Notes under the pieces: model-generated
The model's input: the letters and a program-made list of their open reading frames with translations, nothing else
Told to the model about the DNA's origin: nothing
Database searches by the model: none
Shown: in pieces, positions 40,513 through 53,924 of the stretch
Layout: the number at the start of each line of letters is the position of its first letter
Position numbering within the stretch: the first letter of the stretch is position 1
Made by a program: the position numbers and the translations under genes
NCBI RefSeq assembly: GCF_006345805.1
Contig: NC_043001.1
Location: forward strand, 34,596,001-34,660,000
Reading direction: 5' to 3'
Origin: Octopus sinensis
Taxonomy: Eukaryota
DNA: 64,000 bases

Positions 40513-40564
40513 ATGGGACCGATTTCAGGGTTAGTTCATAAGAACCCTCCCTTCGTCAGTGATA
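40513..40564 (-). ncRNA. Degenerate hammerhead-like motif (PLE-type)
   Basis: Minus strand: ATCA-CTGACGA-AGGGAGGGTTCTTATGAACTAACCCT-GAAA-TCG-GTC-CCAT. The core is intact but stems I and III are imperfect. Confidence 0.5.
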
Positions 40565-41539
40565 AATGTGGCAAATGAGATACTTACTTATACCCATGGA
40601 AGAAGCAAACACTAAGTCATGAGCACAATTAAGTTCCCAAATACATCCAAAATAGAAATTTGGTACAAACGAATCGCTAACCTCTCAGTCATATACTTTT
40701 ACATTACTAACATAACCAGCTTGTCAATCAGGTTTCGTTTAATATTACACTACGAGTTCAAATCACTTCAGAATTCATGGCCATGCGCCCCAGTCTGAAA
40801 TCATTATGTGCTCAGAGCTGGTAGGAGATTATTAGAAGTGGCAGAGTTCTATAGTGTTCCGTATATTTTTTAGCTTCATTCTACATGCTTAGTTCAAATC
40901 TTGCCGAAGTGTCAACCAACAGTTTGGTGTATAAGCTAATAAAATTATTGTTATATCCCATATTTAAAATTGCTCTTATACTCAGTCAAGTGGAACTAAT
41001 GCCCCACAGATAAGAAATACATTAGGGAGATTCTCATTGTATTACGTATTATAACTATTTTAATTGCAATTATTTTCTTTTTACTAAGTATTGCAGTTTA
41101 CCATCGAAGCTGGAAGAATGTACCGAGAAGAAATTTAGTTGCTTCTGAGTATCTAGCAGACAAAAGAATGAACATTTTCCACAAATATTATGATCTTTCG
41201 AGACAAGGAAGAAGCCTTAATGTGAACTCTGGTACCCAAATATATAGAGCTGAATCTCCTTTAAACCACAACCCATGTACTGTGAAAAAAAAAAGAACTA
41301 ACTCGATATTTCTATTTTAAACACCTAGGTCTAAAATAAAAGTTAGGATAGTTAAGACTGGAATGGCTTTGTGCATAGGTCTATTTCGTTGGGATTAACC
41401 TAAGTCTAAATAACCCCTTTAATGGTGCAAGTGAAACCAAAAGCAACGTCTGGAAATTTATGTGAAATGGATTTTCACTTAGCTGAAATTTATGCTATGA
41501 CTATTAACAAACATTACAGTTTTGCATTGTAAGATTGAC

Positions 41540-42870
41540 AAATGTGTTGTATGTATTATTGAAAAATGCAGGTAATTGTTTGTGAAAGCCAGTATTAGAG
41601 TATCTGTTTACCATAAAATTTGTCCGTTTTGAAAGCAAAATACAATTCGAATGCATTACAGTAAAATTCTTAATTGTAAATTGAAATTTTCCTGCTGATT
41701 CTTATAAAAGGAATTGCTGTAAAGAAAATAACAATCAAATGTATTCCTGATTAAGGGTATTTGAGCGTAAAATATCGGTTTCGAGTAGAATTACGTGCAA
41801 TTTGTGGTGAAAGTGGTTGAAAGCGAACACCAAGTGGTTGTGTTAAATTAGTAGTGAGAAATAAAATATTGCATAGCAAGTAGTGTTGTTGAAAATTAGG
41901 AACAATTTACGCAAGAGTGGTCGATATACAACATGATGGCTGTTCCAAGCATTTTCCCAGATAGAGTAGTTACATTAGATTGAAGGAATAAGAATGAAGC
42001 GAAAGTTCATTGAAAAGATAAACAAATACGTAGTTTGAATGATCAACGAAAGAAAATTTTCAAGGAAAAGAGGACATAACAGATAAGAGAAGATTGTATT
42101 AGATGCAAACCACTAATAAAATTAGTCACTGAGAAAGGAATAAAGGGGAAATGTTAATTGGTTCCATTATTATTTGCTTAGGGTTCATCAGTGATAGTTT
42201 AAGTATACAGGTGAACTGAAGGTACGATTTTGGTTGAAGTGATTTTGCTATATTTATTCTCTAATGTAATTAACGGGAGTATGAACTTTGTGATATACCA
42301 TCTCAAATTCAAAATTGTTCAGTACATTTGGGAAAGAAAAGATGAATGTGAGGTGGATGTAAAATCACAATTGGGGATTGGATATCACGAGGTCGACTAT
42401 GAAGGAGTAAACCTATGCATAAAGGTTTTTCCAGCCGTGACCATGCGGTCTATTTTTTTATTATCAAATGAATCTTTCCAGTTTTAAAAGAGACTGATCT
42501 GATTTGATTGACATTATCTTTCATGCCACCAGATCGATTGCATTGATTCAGTTATGCCCCAGTAACACATCATTATTAGTAGAAACACGCGATGACATGG
42601 GAAATGGTTTGAGTTGTCATTACAATCGCTTAGTAGTATCTATACAAATTGTTGAGGTGTTACATTTGGGCCGCTAGTGAGCTGTATCATTCTAGTAATT
42701 GCTCAAGTGTCATTAAAGTCACCAATGTGCTGTGTCTTTGCAACCTCGAAGCAGGAAGAAGAAAATTATTCTCAAACCAAAATTCTGGCGGAAAAGCTTG
42801 CAAGAGGGGAATTCGACAAAGCAATCAAAACAGCAGGAGGTTATGTTAAACTGGGTCACAGCTGAAGTTT
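41540..42870 (+). pseudogene. Possible fossil THAP-domain / P-element-like transposase
   Basis: MCCMYY*K (possibly C-x-C), AVPSIFP at about 41938-41958, DECEVDVKSQL at about 42340-42375, followed by a segment with many stops. Confidence 0.33.
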
Positions 42871-43139
42871 ACCACTCAAGTGAGTCATTGTGGTGTTTGA
42901 ACTCAGAACGCATGAGCCTAAAAAGAACACCATTAGATGTTTCAATAAAATCAACGCTGTTATATATAAAGGTCGTGTCGATAACTTATTTGTGCACCAT
43001 TGAACATATGACAGAAAATTAAACCTCCTCGTACTCTACACAGCCCCATCAGGCAAGAGCATGAAGCCGAAGCCTGAACTCTTCTGTTTTACTGTATTTT
43101 ATTTTATTTATATTTTACTTTCTTTTATTTTCTTTCTTA

Positions 43140-43740
43140 CTTATTTCTTTATTGCCCACAAGGGGCTAAACGTAGGGGAGACAAACAAGGACAGACAAAC
43201 GGATTAAGTCGATTACATCGACCCCAGTGCGTAACTGGTACTTAATTTATCTACCCCGAAAGGATGAAAGGCAAACTCGATCTCGGCGGAATTTGAACTC
43301 AGTACGTAGCCGCAGACGAAATACCTATTTCTTTATTACCCACAAGGGGCTAAACACAGAGAAGACAAACAAAGACAGACCTAGGTATTAAGTCGATTAC
43401 ATCAACCCCAGTGCGTAACTGGTACTTAATTTATCTACCCCGAAAGGATGAAAGGCAAACTCGGTCTCGGCGGAATTTGAACTCAGAACGTAGCCACAGA
43501 CGAAATACCTATTTCTTTATTACCCACAAGGGGTTAAACACAGAGGGGAAAACAAAGACAGACCTAGGTATTAAGTCGATTACATCAACCCCAGTGCGTA
43601 ACTGGTACTTAATTTATCTACCCCGAAAGGATGAAAGGCAAACTCGATCTCGGCGGAATTTGAACTCAGAACGTAGCTGCAGACGAAATACCGCAACGCA
43701 TTTCGCCTGGTGTGCTAACGTTTCTACCAGCTCGCCGCCT
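43140..43740 (-). mobile_element. Head-to-tail trimer of SINE family B (period about 184 bp)
   Basis: Three units joined at GACGAAATACC|TATTTCTTTATT; only the unit ending at about 43740 has the complete tRNA head. Confidence 0.92.
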
Positions 43741-44334
43741 TGACTTTCTATCTGTCATTAAAACTACCACTGATGCATTTCATTAGAAGTAGTCCAGAGT
43801 TGCATTACTACGTTATTAGATTTCATCACAGCCACAACAACCGTTACCGTTTTGCTTTCGTTATAAACACTTCGAAGACGGCAACTGGCAGTACCGTTAG
43901 CACGCTAGACAAATTGCTTAGCAACATTTCGTCCGTCTTTATGTTCTGAGTCCAAATTTCGTCGAAGTCGACTTTACCGTTCATCTTTTCATAGCAGGTG
44001 AAATTAGTACCAGTTGAGCACTGAGAATAATGGTATCAACTACTCCCCACCCCGACAAAATTTCTCGCCATATGCCTATAGTAGGCATTTTTTCCTAATC
44101 TTTTACATCACGAGTTCATATTCCGTCAAGGTCAACTTTACTTTTCATCCTTTAGACTCAATAAGATATGTACTAGTTGCACACTGGTGTCGATGTAATC
44201 GACTTACCCACTCCCTTAAACTGATGGTCTTGTGCCAAAATCTGAAACCATAATAAACATTCTTATTATCTCGACACTAACTTTCTTTTATTACAGCCAA
44301 CTTTCTCATTAAACCTAACACAAGTTTACGAGTC

Positions 44335-44570
44335 GGCACTGAGAAATTCCTGACCTTACTGGTATCCCTTAGAGGCTTGGTTGGAGATCCAAGCTTCCGA
44401 ATTCTTTTACAGGGCTTAGAAAAACTGAACGACTGCTGCAATAAGTCTGTGAAGGGATATGTTGAATATTCTCAATAAATGAGAAGGGATATGTTGAATA
44501 AATCCATAATTAACTGATCCTCCTGTACTCTCTTTTACCCAAAGCTAGGAATCTTTCAGCACCCACTGCT
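44335..44570 (-). mobile_element. Mariner-type MITE copy
   Basis: Homologous to 18068-18277. Confidence 0.7.
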
Positions 44571-44574
44571 GTGA

Positions 44575-44614
<40 letters not shown>

Positions 44615-44924
44615 CGCTGGACTCGCCCTCCGAACGACTCGAACAAATGATTCGTTTATAGTGATCAAATATTCGTGTAACACATTATCTCACACTCTCC
44701 ATCAAATTGACGTTGTCTGAACAGGTGCACTGTGTACCTGTCGAAATCATCGTAGACCAAAGTGAGATGAAGTGTTTTTCTCAACAACATAATGCACCAA
44801 CCGGTCTAGAAATTGAAATCCGGATCTAAAAATCGTGAGTCTTACACCTCAAATACACCATGTACCCACTCCCCCTTTCTCTCTCACTCACACACACACA
44901 CACACATGTACATACATATATACT

Positions 44925-45334
44925 CTTTACTCTTTTACTTGTTTCAGTCATTTGACTGCGGCCATGCTGGAGCACCGCCTTTAGTCGAGCAAATCGACCC
45001 CGGGACTTATTCTTTGTAAGCCAAGTACTTATTCTATCGGTCTCTTTTGCCGAACCGCTAAGTGACGGGGACGTAAGCACACCAGCATCGGTTGTCAAGC
45101 AATGCTAGGGGGACAAACACAGACACACAAACATATACACACACACATACATATATATACATATATATACGACAGGCTTCTTTCAGTTTCCGTCTACCAA
45201 ATCGACTCACAAGGCATTGGTCGGCCCGGGGCTATAGCAGAAGACACTTGCCCAATATGCTACGCAGTGGGACTGAACCCGGAACCATGTGGTTTGTTAG
45301 CAAGCTACTTACCACTCAGCCACTCCTGCGCCTA

Positions 45335-45335
<1 letters not shown>
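44925..45335 (-). mobile_element. SINE family A, full length and young
   Basis: All modules are present. Confidence 0.92.
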
Positions 45336-45432
<97 letters not shown>

Positions 45433-45461
45433 ATATATATTATATATATATATATATATAC

Positions 45462-45670
45462 ACGTGGTGCACTGAGAACTCCCATCTTTAATGGTATCTC
45501 GGAAGGCCTGGAAGCCCAAATTTCCAAGTTCTTTTAACAGGGCTTAGAAAAACTGAATGACTGCTGCAATGGGTGTGTGAATCTGAGAGGGAAATATGTT
45601 GGATAAAATCATAATTAGTTGATCCTCCTGTACATTCTTTTACCCAAAGCTAGGAATCTTTCAGCACCCA
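45462..45670 (-). mobile_element. Mariner-type MITE copy
   Basis: Homologous to 18068-18277 and 44335-44570. Confidence 0.7.
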
Positions 45671-46063
45671 CTGCTGAGATCTCTCAACCACTGCTGAGAC
45701 CTCTCCGGATGGTTTCATTACAACCATTTGACTGTAATGGTTGCGATGATGCTTCAGCAACTGCTGAAGAAACATTGCAGCCATCCATGCACTGAATCAT
45801 TACAAACGCAATTTAACCACTAAACACTGGGTCATTAAATACGACATTGAGCGGAGTTTTTTGCTACGACAGGCCTGTGCAATGTCGTGTACTCTGCTAG
45901 AGATAGCAGGCTAATTTCTTTCAAATCGCACTCTAATGAGAAAAGTGGAGATTGGAGATAGATATGTGATTTTGTATAAGTAAATACATATTAAATTTCA
46001 TTGATGAGATTTATGGATCATTCGACAATTTTCAGTAGCGTAGCAAGTATATATTTACAAGAA

Positions 46064-46115
<52 letters not shown>

Positions 46116-46231
46116 CAAGAATATATATGGCACACTTCGTTGTGCCATATATTTACTTCTATGATAATTTTCCCTCACGGGCTATTCTTTACTGGAAAGC
46201 AGTACTCTCGTATTGCATTACTATTTATATA

Positions 46232-46274
<43 letters not shown>

Positions 46275-46514
46275 GTATGTATGTATCACTGCCAACAATT
46301 TCCTTCTAAATACACATGTACATACGCGCGCGCGCAATCACACACGCACACACTGGTATATGTATGTATCTATGCATGAATATATTATATATATATGTGT
46401 GTGTGTCTGCCTATCTATCTGTCTGTCTATCTATCTCTCTATCTACCTATCTATCTATGTGTTTACCTACCTACCTACCTACCTACCTACCTATCTGTCT
46501 GTCTGTCTGTTTGC

Positions 46515-46566
<52 letters not shown>

Positions 46567-47052
46567 ATCTATGACAAGTGTGTGGGCATGTGTGTGTGTT
46601 TGTGTGTGTGTGGTGTTTGTGTATGAGTGTGTGCGTATGTATGTGTGTTTGTATGTAAAATAGTAAAAATATGAAAGTGCTTGGTTTTGGCTTCAAGCAG
46701 TTTATATATTGAACACACACTCACATATACACACACACACATACACCATGAACGAAAAGAAAACCGCTTGGAGCCAAAACAGAGGACTTCGTATTTTTAG
46801 GATGTTATGACTTTCGATATTTCATATAAATGTTTACACAAGTTAATAAGTGTCTAAAAGTTATTTCGCTAAATTTTTCTTTTCCCTCTTGTATGCTACC
46901 ATAAGTTTCTTTCTTAAGAAAAATGTCGGCAAGGAAACATTTGCTAATGTTGTTTCTTATATACTCAAAACATTGCGATAACACATACATACATACACAC
47001 ACACACACGTATGTGTGTGTGTACACATGCATATACACAGATTTATATACGG

Positions 47053-47109
<57 letters not shown>

Positions 47110-47868
47110 TATATATGTATGTATATATATACATATAATATCATATATATACATATATATACTATATATATATATGTATATATATACATACATATATATT
47201 TATACATACATATATATTTATACATACATATATATACATGTATATACATATATACATACATACATATATATACATATATATACATATGACATATATATAC
47301 ATACGTACACACACACACACATATATATGTGTGTGTATATATATATACATGTATGTATTGCGAATTCATCTGAAAACCGCTTCGAGGGTGGTATTCATAC
47401 CAGTTTAATTAATTATTTAAATTCATATTTGAATATGTACTCTATTTACTACTTTTGTTTATTTTATTAAATGAAGATTATACGAATTCTTATTAACCAC
47501 CAATTAATTAAACTCCATATAATTCTAATAGCTTATTTTATTACAATTTGTTTTTACGAGCAGTAACTCTAATTACTATGTGTCCTCATGATTTTTAATT
47601 ACTGCCTACTACACAATCATGTACACCTATTCATTGCAGAAGCCTGATTATTTCTATGCTCCATTTCCTTATTTGTATCATGTGTTAATAGGCTTTATAG
47701 TTACTTTGTACTCATACAGGCATGGTAGTGTGGTTAAGCTGCCCGCTTTGCAACCACGTGGTTTCAGGTTCAGTCCCACTGCACGGTACATTGGGCACGT
47801 GTCTTATTCAATACTTCCAAGCTCTGTTTTGATGAGTGAATGTTGTAGACGGAAACTGTATAAAAGCT

Positions 47869-47936
<68 letters not shown>

Positions 47937-48380
47937 GCGTGTGTGTGTGTGTGTATATATTAATATATATATATATATATATATATGTGGTGGTGTGTGT
48001 TATATATATATATATATTATGTAGACATTGGTATACTTTCTCTAAAAGCTTATTGTAAGCACGGGCATTGAATACGCACCGTATATACCAGTAGAATTTG
48101 AACTCAGAACGTAACGGCAGACGAAATACGGCTGCGCATTTCGCCCGGTGTGCTAACGTTTCTGCCAGCTCTCCGCCTTACAATCCTAATATTATATCAT
48201 ATGTCTGTTGAATTCGTACTCATGTATTTTCTATATACACAAAATTATCAGTTTCATCCATTAGCCAACATTTATTCGTATCATTTAAAAGGAAAAGAAA
48301 AAAAATGTCCAGTGGTATCCGTCTTTTATCATTTACTTGTTTCAATCACTGGACTGCGACTATGCTTGAACGATTTAGTC

Positions 48381-48696
48381 GAGGGTTTCTCAACCATTTA
48401 GACTACTATTTTATTTAGGTAGACCCCCTACTCATAGCCGTTTGTTGTTTAAAAACTAGTTATGTAGAAACTTATTTCAAAATTCCTATTTTGCTATTAC
48501 GCATATTAGTTGTGTAGGTTGATCTATGCAAAATGACAGAAAGAAACCCAACTGTTTCTTGCAATACATACCAATGCATACATCTAAAGCTAAATGTTTA
48601 TAGGGGCCCTTAAAATACTATTGTGTATCCCCAATTTACTATTTTGCTGTGTGGACCCCCAAAACATATATATTGGACCCTGGTTGAGAGCCACTA
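48381..48696. mobile_element. hAT (Charlie-like) MITE nested in a decayed SINE A 3' half
   Basis: Ends GAGGGTTTCTCAACC ... GGTTGAGAGCCACTA resemble CAGTGGTTCTCAACC TIRs. The flanks ATTTAGTC and GTTTACTC may be a decayed 8-bp TSD. SINE sequence continues on both sides. Confidence 0.6.
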
Positions 48697-49365
48697 GTTT
48701 ACTCGAACACAGTACTTACTTTTAAAATCTGCTACATATTCTATAAGTCTATTTTGCGGAAATACAATGTTACGGGGTTGTAAAGAAACAAAATCTTGCT
48801 GGCAACCTGTGGAGTGACTGGCATAGACAGACAGACAGATAGACAGACAAACAAGCACATATGATGTAAATCTTCACTGATTCTGTCAATTCATAAATAC
48901 TGTTGTTCATATTTTATTAGAATGAATAAATGCTGAATATTTACTTGAATAATACTTGGGATTTTATGAATTTATAACTAAATCTACAAAAGTATTTAAA
49001 TATTATGGAGCAATCAAGAAGAAATCAGAAGCGTATTGTGATTAGTGATGTATAACAAAATTAAATGAACATTGAGTCCCCGGTACCAGCTCTGAGAATT
49101 TTTGTCCTAATTATATCAGTTGGTCACTAAAATCCTTATATTTCCAACAGCTTGAAAAGCCTTGTTTGGCATAACTTTGCGTATAGAGTTTTACATCAAC
49201 ATACACACACACACACACACCACACACACCACACACATATATATATATATATATTAGAAGAAATGAGGTAATCAGAAGATCGGATGGTTTATATTTATAG
49301 ATATTTATTTATATATATATCATACCTGTACATCATCTTCAAATATATATATCATCTTCAACCTT

Positions 49366-49399
<34 letters not shown>

Positions 49400-49429
49400 T
49401 ATAAACATGTATATATATACTTTTCTCGC

Positions 49430-49720
49430 AGGATTGCGTGTTCGTTTCTCTTTTTGCCACCTGTGATTTTAGACTTGATCTTCTATATAAGTGAAGACAT
49501 TTCCTCGGTCTGGCTGCTTTTCTTTCTACAAAACGAAAAGTTTCATTACGGAACTGTTATTTTAACGGTTTTTTATTTCTCTTATCACCCGACGAGATAC
49601 ATCTGCACCGCCGGATGCTCCAGAACCAGAGTGTCCTACCTATGAAGAATCAATGCTAGATGTGTCGAAACAATTGTCGACATTAATAATAAATTCTCGT
49701 ATATTCCATTTACCGTCTTT
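49430..49720 (+). mobile_element. PLE-like terminal remnant with a broken hammerhead
   Basis: GAAAC-AATT-GTC-GACA at 49667-49682 with upstream TGTC, followed by AATAAA; the CTGATGA core is disrupted. Confidence 0.45.
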
Positions 49721-49762
49721 TATTTGTCATATATATATATAGATAGATAGATAGATAGATAC

Positions 49763-49809
<47 letters not shown>

Positions 49810-49812
49810 ATG

Positions 49813-49877
<65 letters not shown>

Positions 49878-50441
49878 ACATACCTATATATAATATAAAT
49901 AAATATTATTTATACACACATACACATATACACATACATGCACATATATATATATGAGGGGAAAACTAAAATGAGGACAGAGGGAGCAAATTATGATACA
50001 GATATAGATGAAGACGGATAAATAAATAGTAGGAAGATACAAGGAATATATGGGTTGATAAAGGAGATAGGTTTGTTTATTGAATGAAGCAAGAATAATC
50101 AGACGAGGAATGGTTATCATGGTAATATTTCTTACATACTGACGTTCTTTTATATAAAGGGAAAAAAAAAAGAAAAGCAAAAAACGTGAGAACGCGTTTC
50201 CAAATCATCAGAGATTTTATTTTCTACGTCTCCATATCTACCTGTATTGATTGATACTGCACGTATATCATCTGCATGTTGCTAAGGCAACATGGAACCC
50301 CTTAAATAAAACTGCCAAAGACATTCAGAAAGGAACCACATATAAGGAGAACATGTTCAAATGATTTTCACGCACTCACTTATGCCGGTACGCCGAACAT
50401 AAACGTATTCGCATGTAAACACACACACACACGCACGCACA

Positions 50442-50476
<35 letters not shown>

Positions 50477-51340
50477 TCATTGAGGCATACACATAGCAGA
50501 AAAATGGCGGAAGCGAAGTAGTAGGAAAAGAGAAATCTGATGCATTTATGTGGCGACAATCATATATTTGAAATACTGCACATGTATAAAAGAAGACCTG
50601 CATTCACATACATGTAAAAGAAAACACATACATACACACTACACAACACACACACATAACAAGCGCGCACACACATACAAACGGGCATTACTTTATAATA
50701 TTCTTATATCTATTATGCATACATATCAAGGCAACCCGGATTGCACACAACGTGCAGTGAAGGGAAGGGAGCGAGTTACTGAAAGGAAGATATAGAGAAA
50801 CGGAAAAAAAAGGGAGAGATAAATTGTGAGAGAAAAGAGAATGCCAAAGGGAGCGAATATTCGCATGTATCTGTGTATCTGTGTATGAGTGCGCATGTGT
50901 ATTGTGCAAAAGATTTACCTAGATTTATTGGTTGAGGTGAAAGAGAGAAATAGAGGAAGAAAGAGGTGGATAGGCGCTGAGGGAGAGCGAGAAAGAATGA
51001 GTTTGACAGCAGAAAGATGAAGAAAAATGTTAAGTACAAAATAAGGTAAAAAAATAAAAACCTTGTGCTTGCTCACTCGCACATACGTCTACAAACATTC
51101 ATATGCTAACACATTACATAAATGCATTTTAAGATATGCATATATAACTATTTCTCTGTTTATGGCTGTAAATACATAAATGTTATTTATATACTGAAGA
51201 AGGTATACAGACCGCTTATATATGAACATTCAGTTTCTTTCTTTTTTTTTCTTGGTTTTTACATATTTACATACAGGCAATCATAAACACTTACGCAAAC
51301 GAATGTCTGTGCATTTATATATATATGTATATACTACATA

Positions 51341-51386
<46 letters not shown>

Positions 51387-51443
51387 CACCATCACCACCA
51401 CATTCACCTCCCCGCCTCTTGTAGCTATTACTGTTAATAAATA

Positions 51444-51478
<35 letters not shown>

Positions 51479-51483
51479 TAATA

Positions 51484-52035
51484 AATGCCCTGATGCAGTA
51501 CCAGGCAGTGGCTCTCATGGCTTCTGATCTTAACTGATTGGAAGTGTTATCATGTACATTGTTTTGTCTTGGTATAAAAGATGGGCTACAGCAAATATTC
51601 TGCTCAATACCACAGATTTGCTTGTCAGTTGTTTGACCTTAACAGTTGAGCATGTCCCTTAGTGGCTGACGATATGTGCATCTCTGATCACGAGCAGAAG
51701 TAGTGGGGGAGCATCATAGCCATGTGTGAGAGGGTTTCTTTGGGGTTTGAATAGTTCACCTCTGGAACATTGGTGGTTCTTTCAACATCCTAAACAACCC
51801 TTATTCAGGGACCGTTTGAGCGGGATGGGCTACTCAACCTGAAGAAAATTCTAACTGGCCCCACCTGCAAGGTCATGTGCTGTTTATCTTGATATGAGAT
51901 CACCATGTCGCGCACATATGGTTGTGATGCATGTGCCTGGTGTACCTTTATCAGACGGGTAGTCATGATGGGTATATGGGCTTCGTATATTTTACCCCAG
52001 TGTCACTTTGATGGCATGCACTGCTCTCTCACTCA
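51484..52035 (-). mobile_element. Non-coding element of about 550 bp embedded in (AAT)n on both sides; candidate non-autonomous microsatellite-targeting retroelement
   Basis: A GC-richer block with no ORF, bounded sharply by (AAT)n at 51445-51483 and 52035-52064. The strand is assigned by assuming a (TTA)n 3' tail. Confidence 0.6.
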
Positions 52036-52382
52036 ATAATAATAATAACAATAATAATAATAATCCCTTCGTTTAAGACCTGATATTTTTGCGGGGAGGG
52101 GATTTGTCGTTTATATCGACACCTAGTGTTCCACTGGTACTTAATTTATCGACCCCGAAAGGATGAGAGGCAAAGCCGACCTCGGTGGAATTTTAACTCA
52201 GAACGTAGCGGAGAAACTATAGACTGTGAAAAAAATTTACTGTTCTCTTTAGGAAAAGGGGAAAACGTGGGAATTCCGTATTAGATCTGCTTCTGTTAAT
52301 ATTGTCCCTTCATCAGAGAAGAAACCTCCTTACATTTTGGCTACCCAGAACACAATTAATCCAAATTGCTACCTATAGATTT

Positions 52383-52785
52383 AGGAGTGGCTGTGTGATA
52401 AGTAGCTTGCTTACCAACCACATGGTCCCGGGTTCAGTCCCACTGCGTAGCACCTTGGTCAAGTGTCTTCAACTATAGCCTCGGGCCGACCAAAGCCTTG
52501 TGAGTGGATTTGGTAGACGAAACTGAAAGAATCCCGTCGTATATATGTGTATGTATTTATATATGTGTGTATGTATACGTTTGCATGTCTGTGTTTGTCC
52601 CTCCAACATCGCTTGACAACCGATGTTGTTGTGCATACGTTCCCGTAACTTAGCGGTTCGGCAAAAGAGACCGATAGAATAAGTACTGGGCTTACAAAGA
52701 ATAAGTCCTGGGGTCGATTTGCCCCACTATAAAGGCGATGCTCCAGCATGGCCACAGTCAAATGACTGAAACAAGTAAAAGAGTA
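52383..52785 (+). mobile_element. SINE family A, full length
   Basis: All modules are present. Confidence 0.9.
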
Positions 52786-53432
52786 TAGCTTACGTAGTTA
52801 TATCACTAGTAATCTTCACTAGTAATGTAAAAATATACAGGAAATGACACTAAGAAATGCAGATATTAGTAATAACAAATCTATTAAATTTTCATCCGGG
52901 GATATGGATTTTTGCTATCACCATCAGTATGGAAAGAAGAATTGGTTTGTCTTGTCCTATTTGTGTACGTGTTGGAGTGTTTCAGAATAGGCTAAACGTT
53001 TCCCTCTTGGCGTAAGAAATATTGTTGCAGAAATACAACGAAAACGAAAGCCATTTGTGTATTTGTTATTTATAACATTTCTCTCCATAGTAAAAGAAAA
53101 AAAAAAAACTCTGCACGTGTGAAATCTGTATTACTAGGAGACAGGTATCGCAGAATATTTTCAATAAATCTTTTATTACATATATATGTAATACGTGTAC
53201 ATTCAGGAGTAAGGAACTTGGAGAACACCACATATAGAATTGTATAATATTTTACTTGTGGGAAGTGGAAATCCACAAATATATATACATCAACACGTAT
53301 ACATAGAAAGACGCATAAGCAGATAGAGAGATATGGACGTAAAAGGCCATGTGGTTCTGAAGGTGATTTTGTAACCACGTGACTGACCAATGCTTCGCAG
53401 AACTTGTTAAACGTACATCGTTCGGAAATCCG

Positions 53433-53511
<79 letters not shown>

Positions 53512-53735
53512 AGGAAATAATTGTATTCTCAAACGCGGGATGGTGTTAATAATATAGCCTGAACAGGATAAACTATCCATATTTTGCAGAAAAAAATTCT
53601 GTCGGCGGCCAGCCATTAGACTCGAACTCACATCCTTGTGATTATGCGTCAAATGCTGGTAAAGCACTACTTAGTTTATCCTGTTCGTGCTATATTATTA
53701 GCATTATTCTGCGTTTGGGAATAAAATTATTTCCC
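53512..53735. mobile_element. MITE with TIRs of about 64 bp, TA flanks and a tRNA-like internal segment
   Basis: 53511-53575 and 53672-53736 are about 85% reverse-complementary. The inner minus strand carries a GAGTTCGAGTC B-box. Confidence 0.75.
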
Positions 53736-53924
53736 TATCTGTGTCTTTCAAGACATCTCAACGCTTCTAAAGCAAACTCTGCTTGTTGATTTTCAGTCTA
53801 AGTCGAATTTAATTTATATATATAATTGTTAAAAAGGACAACAAATGCTATATCGGAAATCTAAAATGGTTCCACAACTCACGTCTCGGCTATGAGCTTG
53901 GAGCCCTGGTAATCCGCTACAGCA

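Noticed and set aside
43140-43740. Regularly spaced repeats resembling a CRISPR array
   Set aside because: The units are about 184-bp SINE bodies with no unique spacers and no cas genes, in a eukaryotic context.
50180-50215. Minus-strand CTGATGA-TTTG-GAAAC-GC-GTT hammerhead-like string, and CTGATGAAGGG at about 52305-52318
   Set aside because: The first has no stem II or stem I; the second lacks GAAA. They are too degenerate to call.
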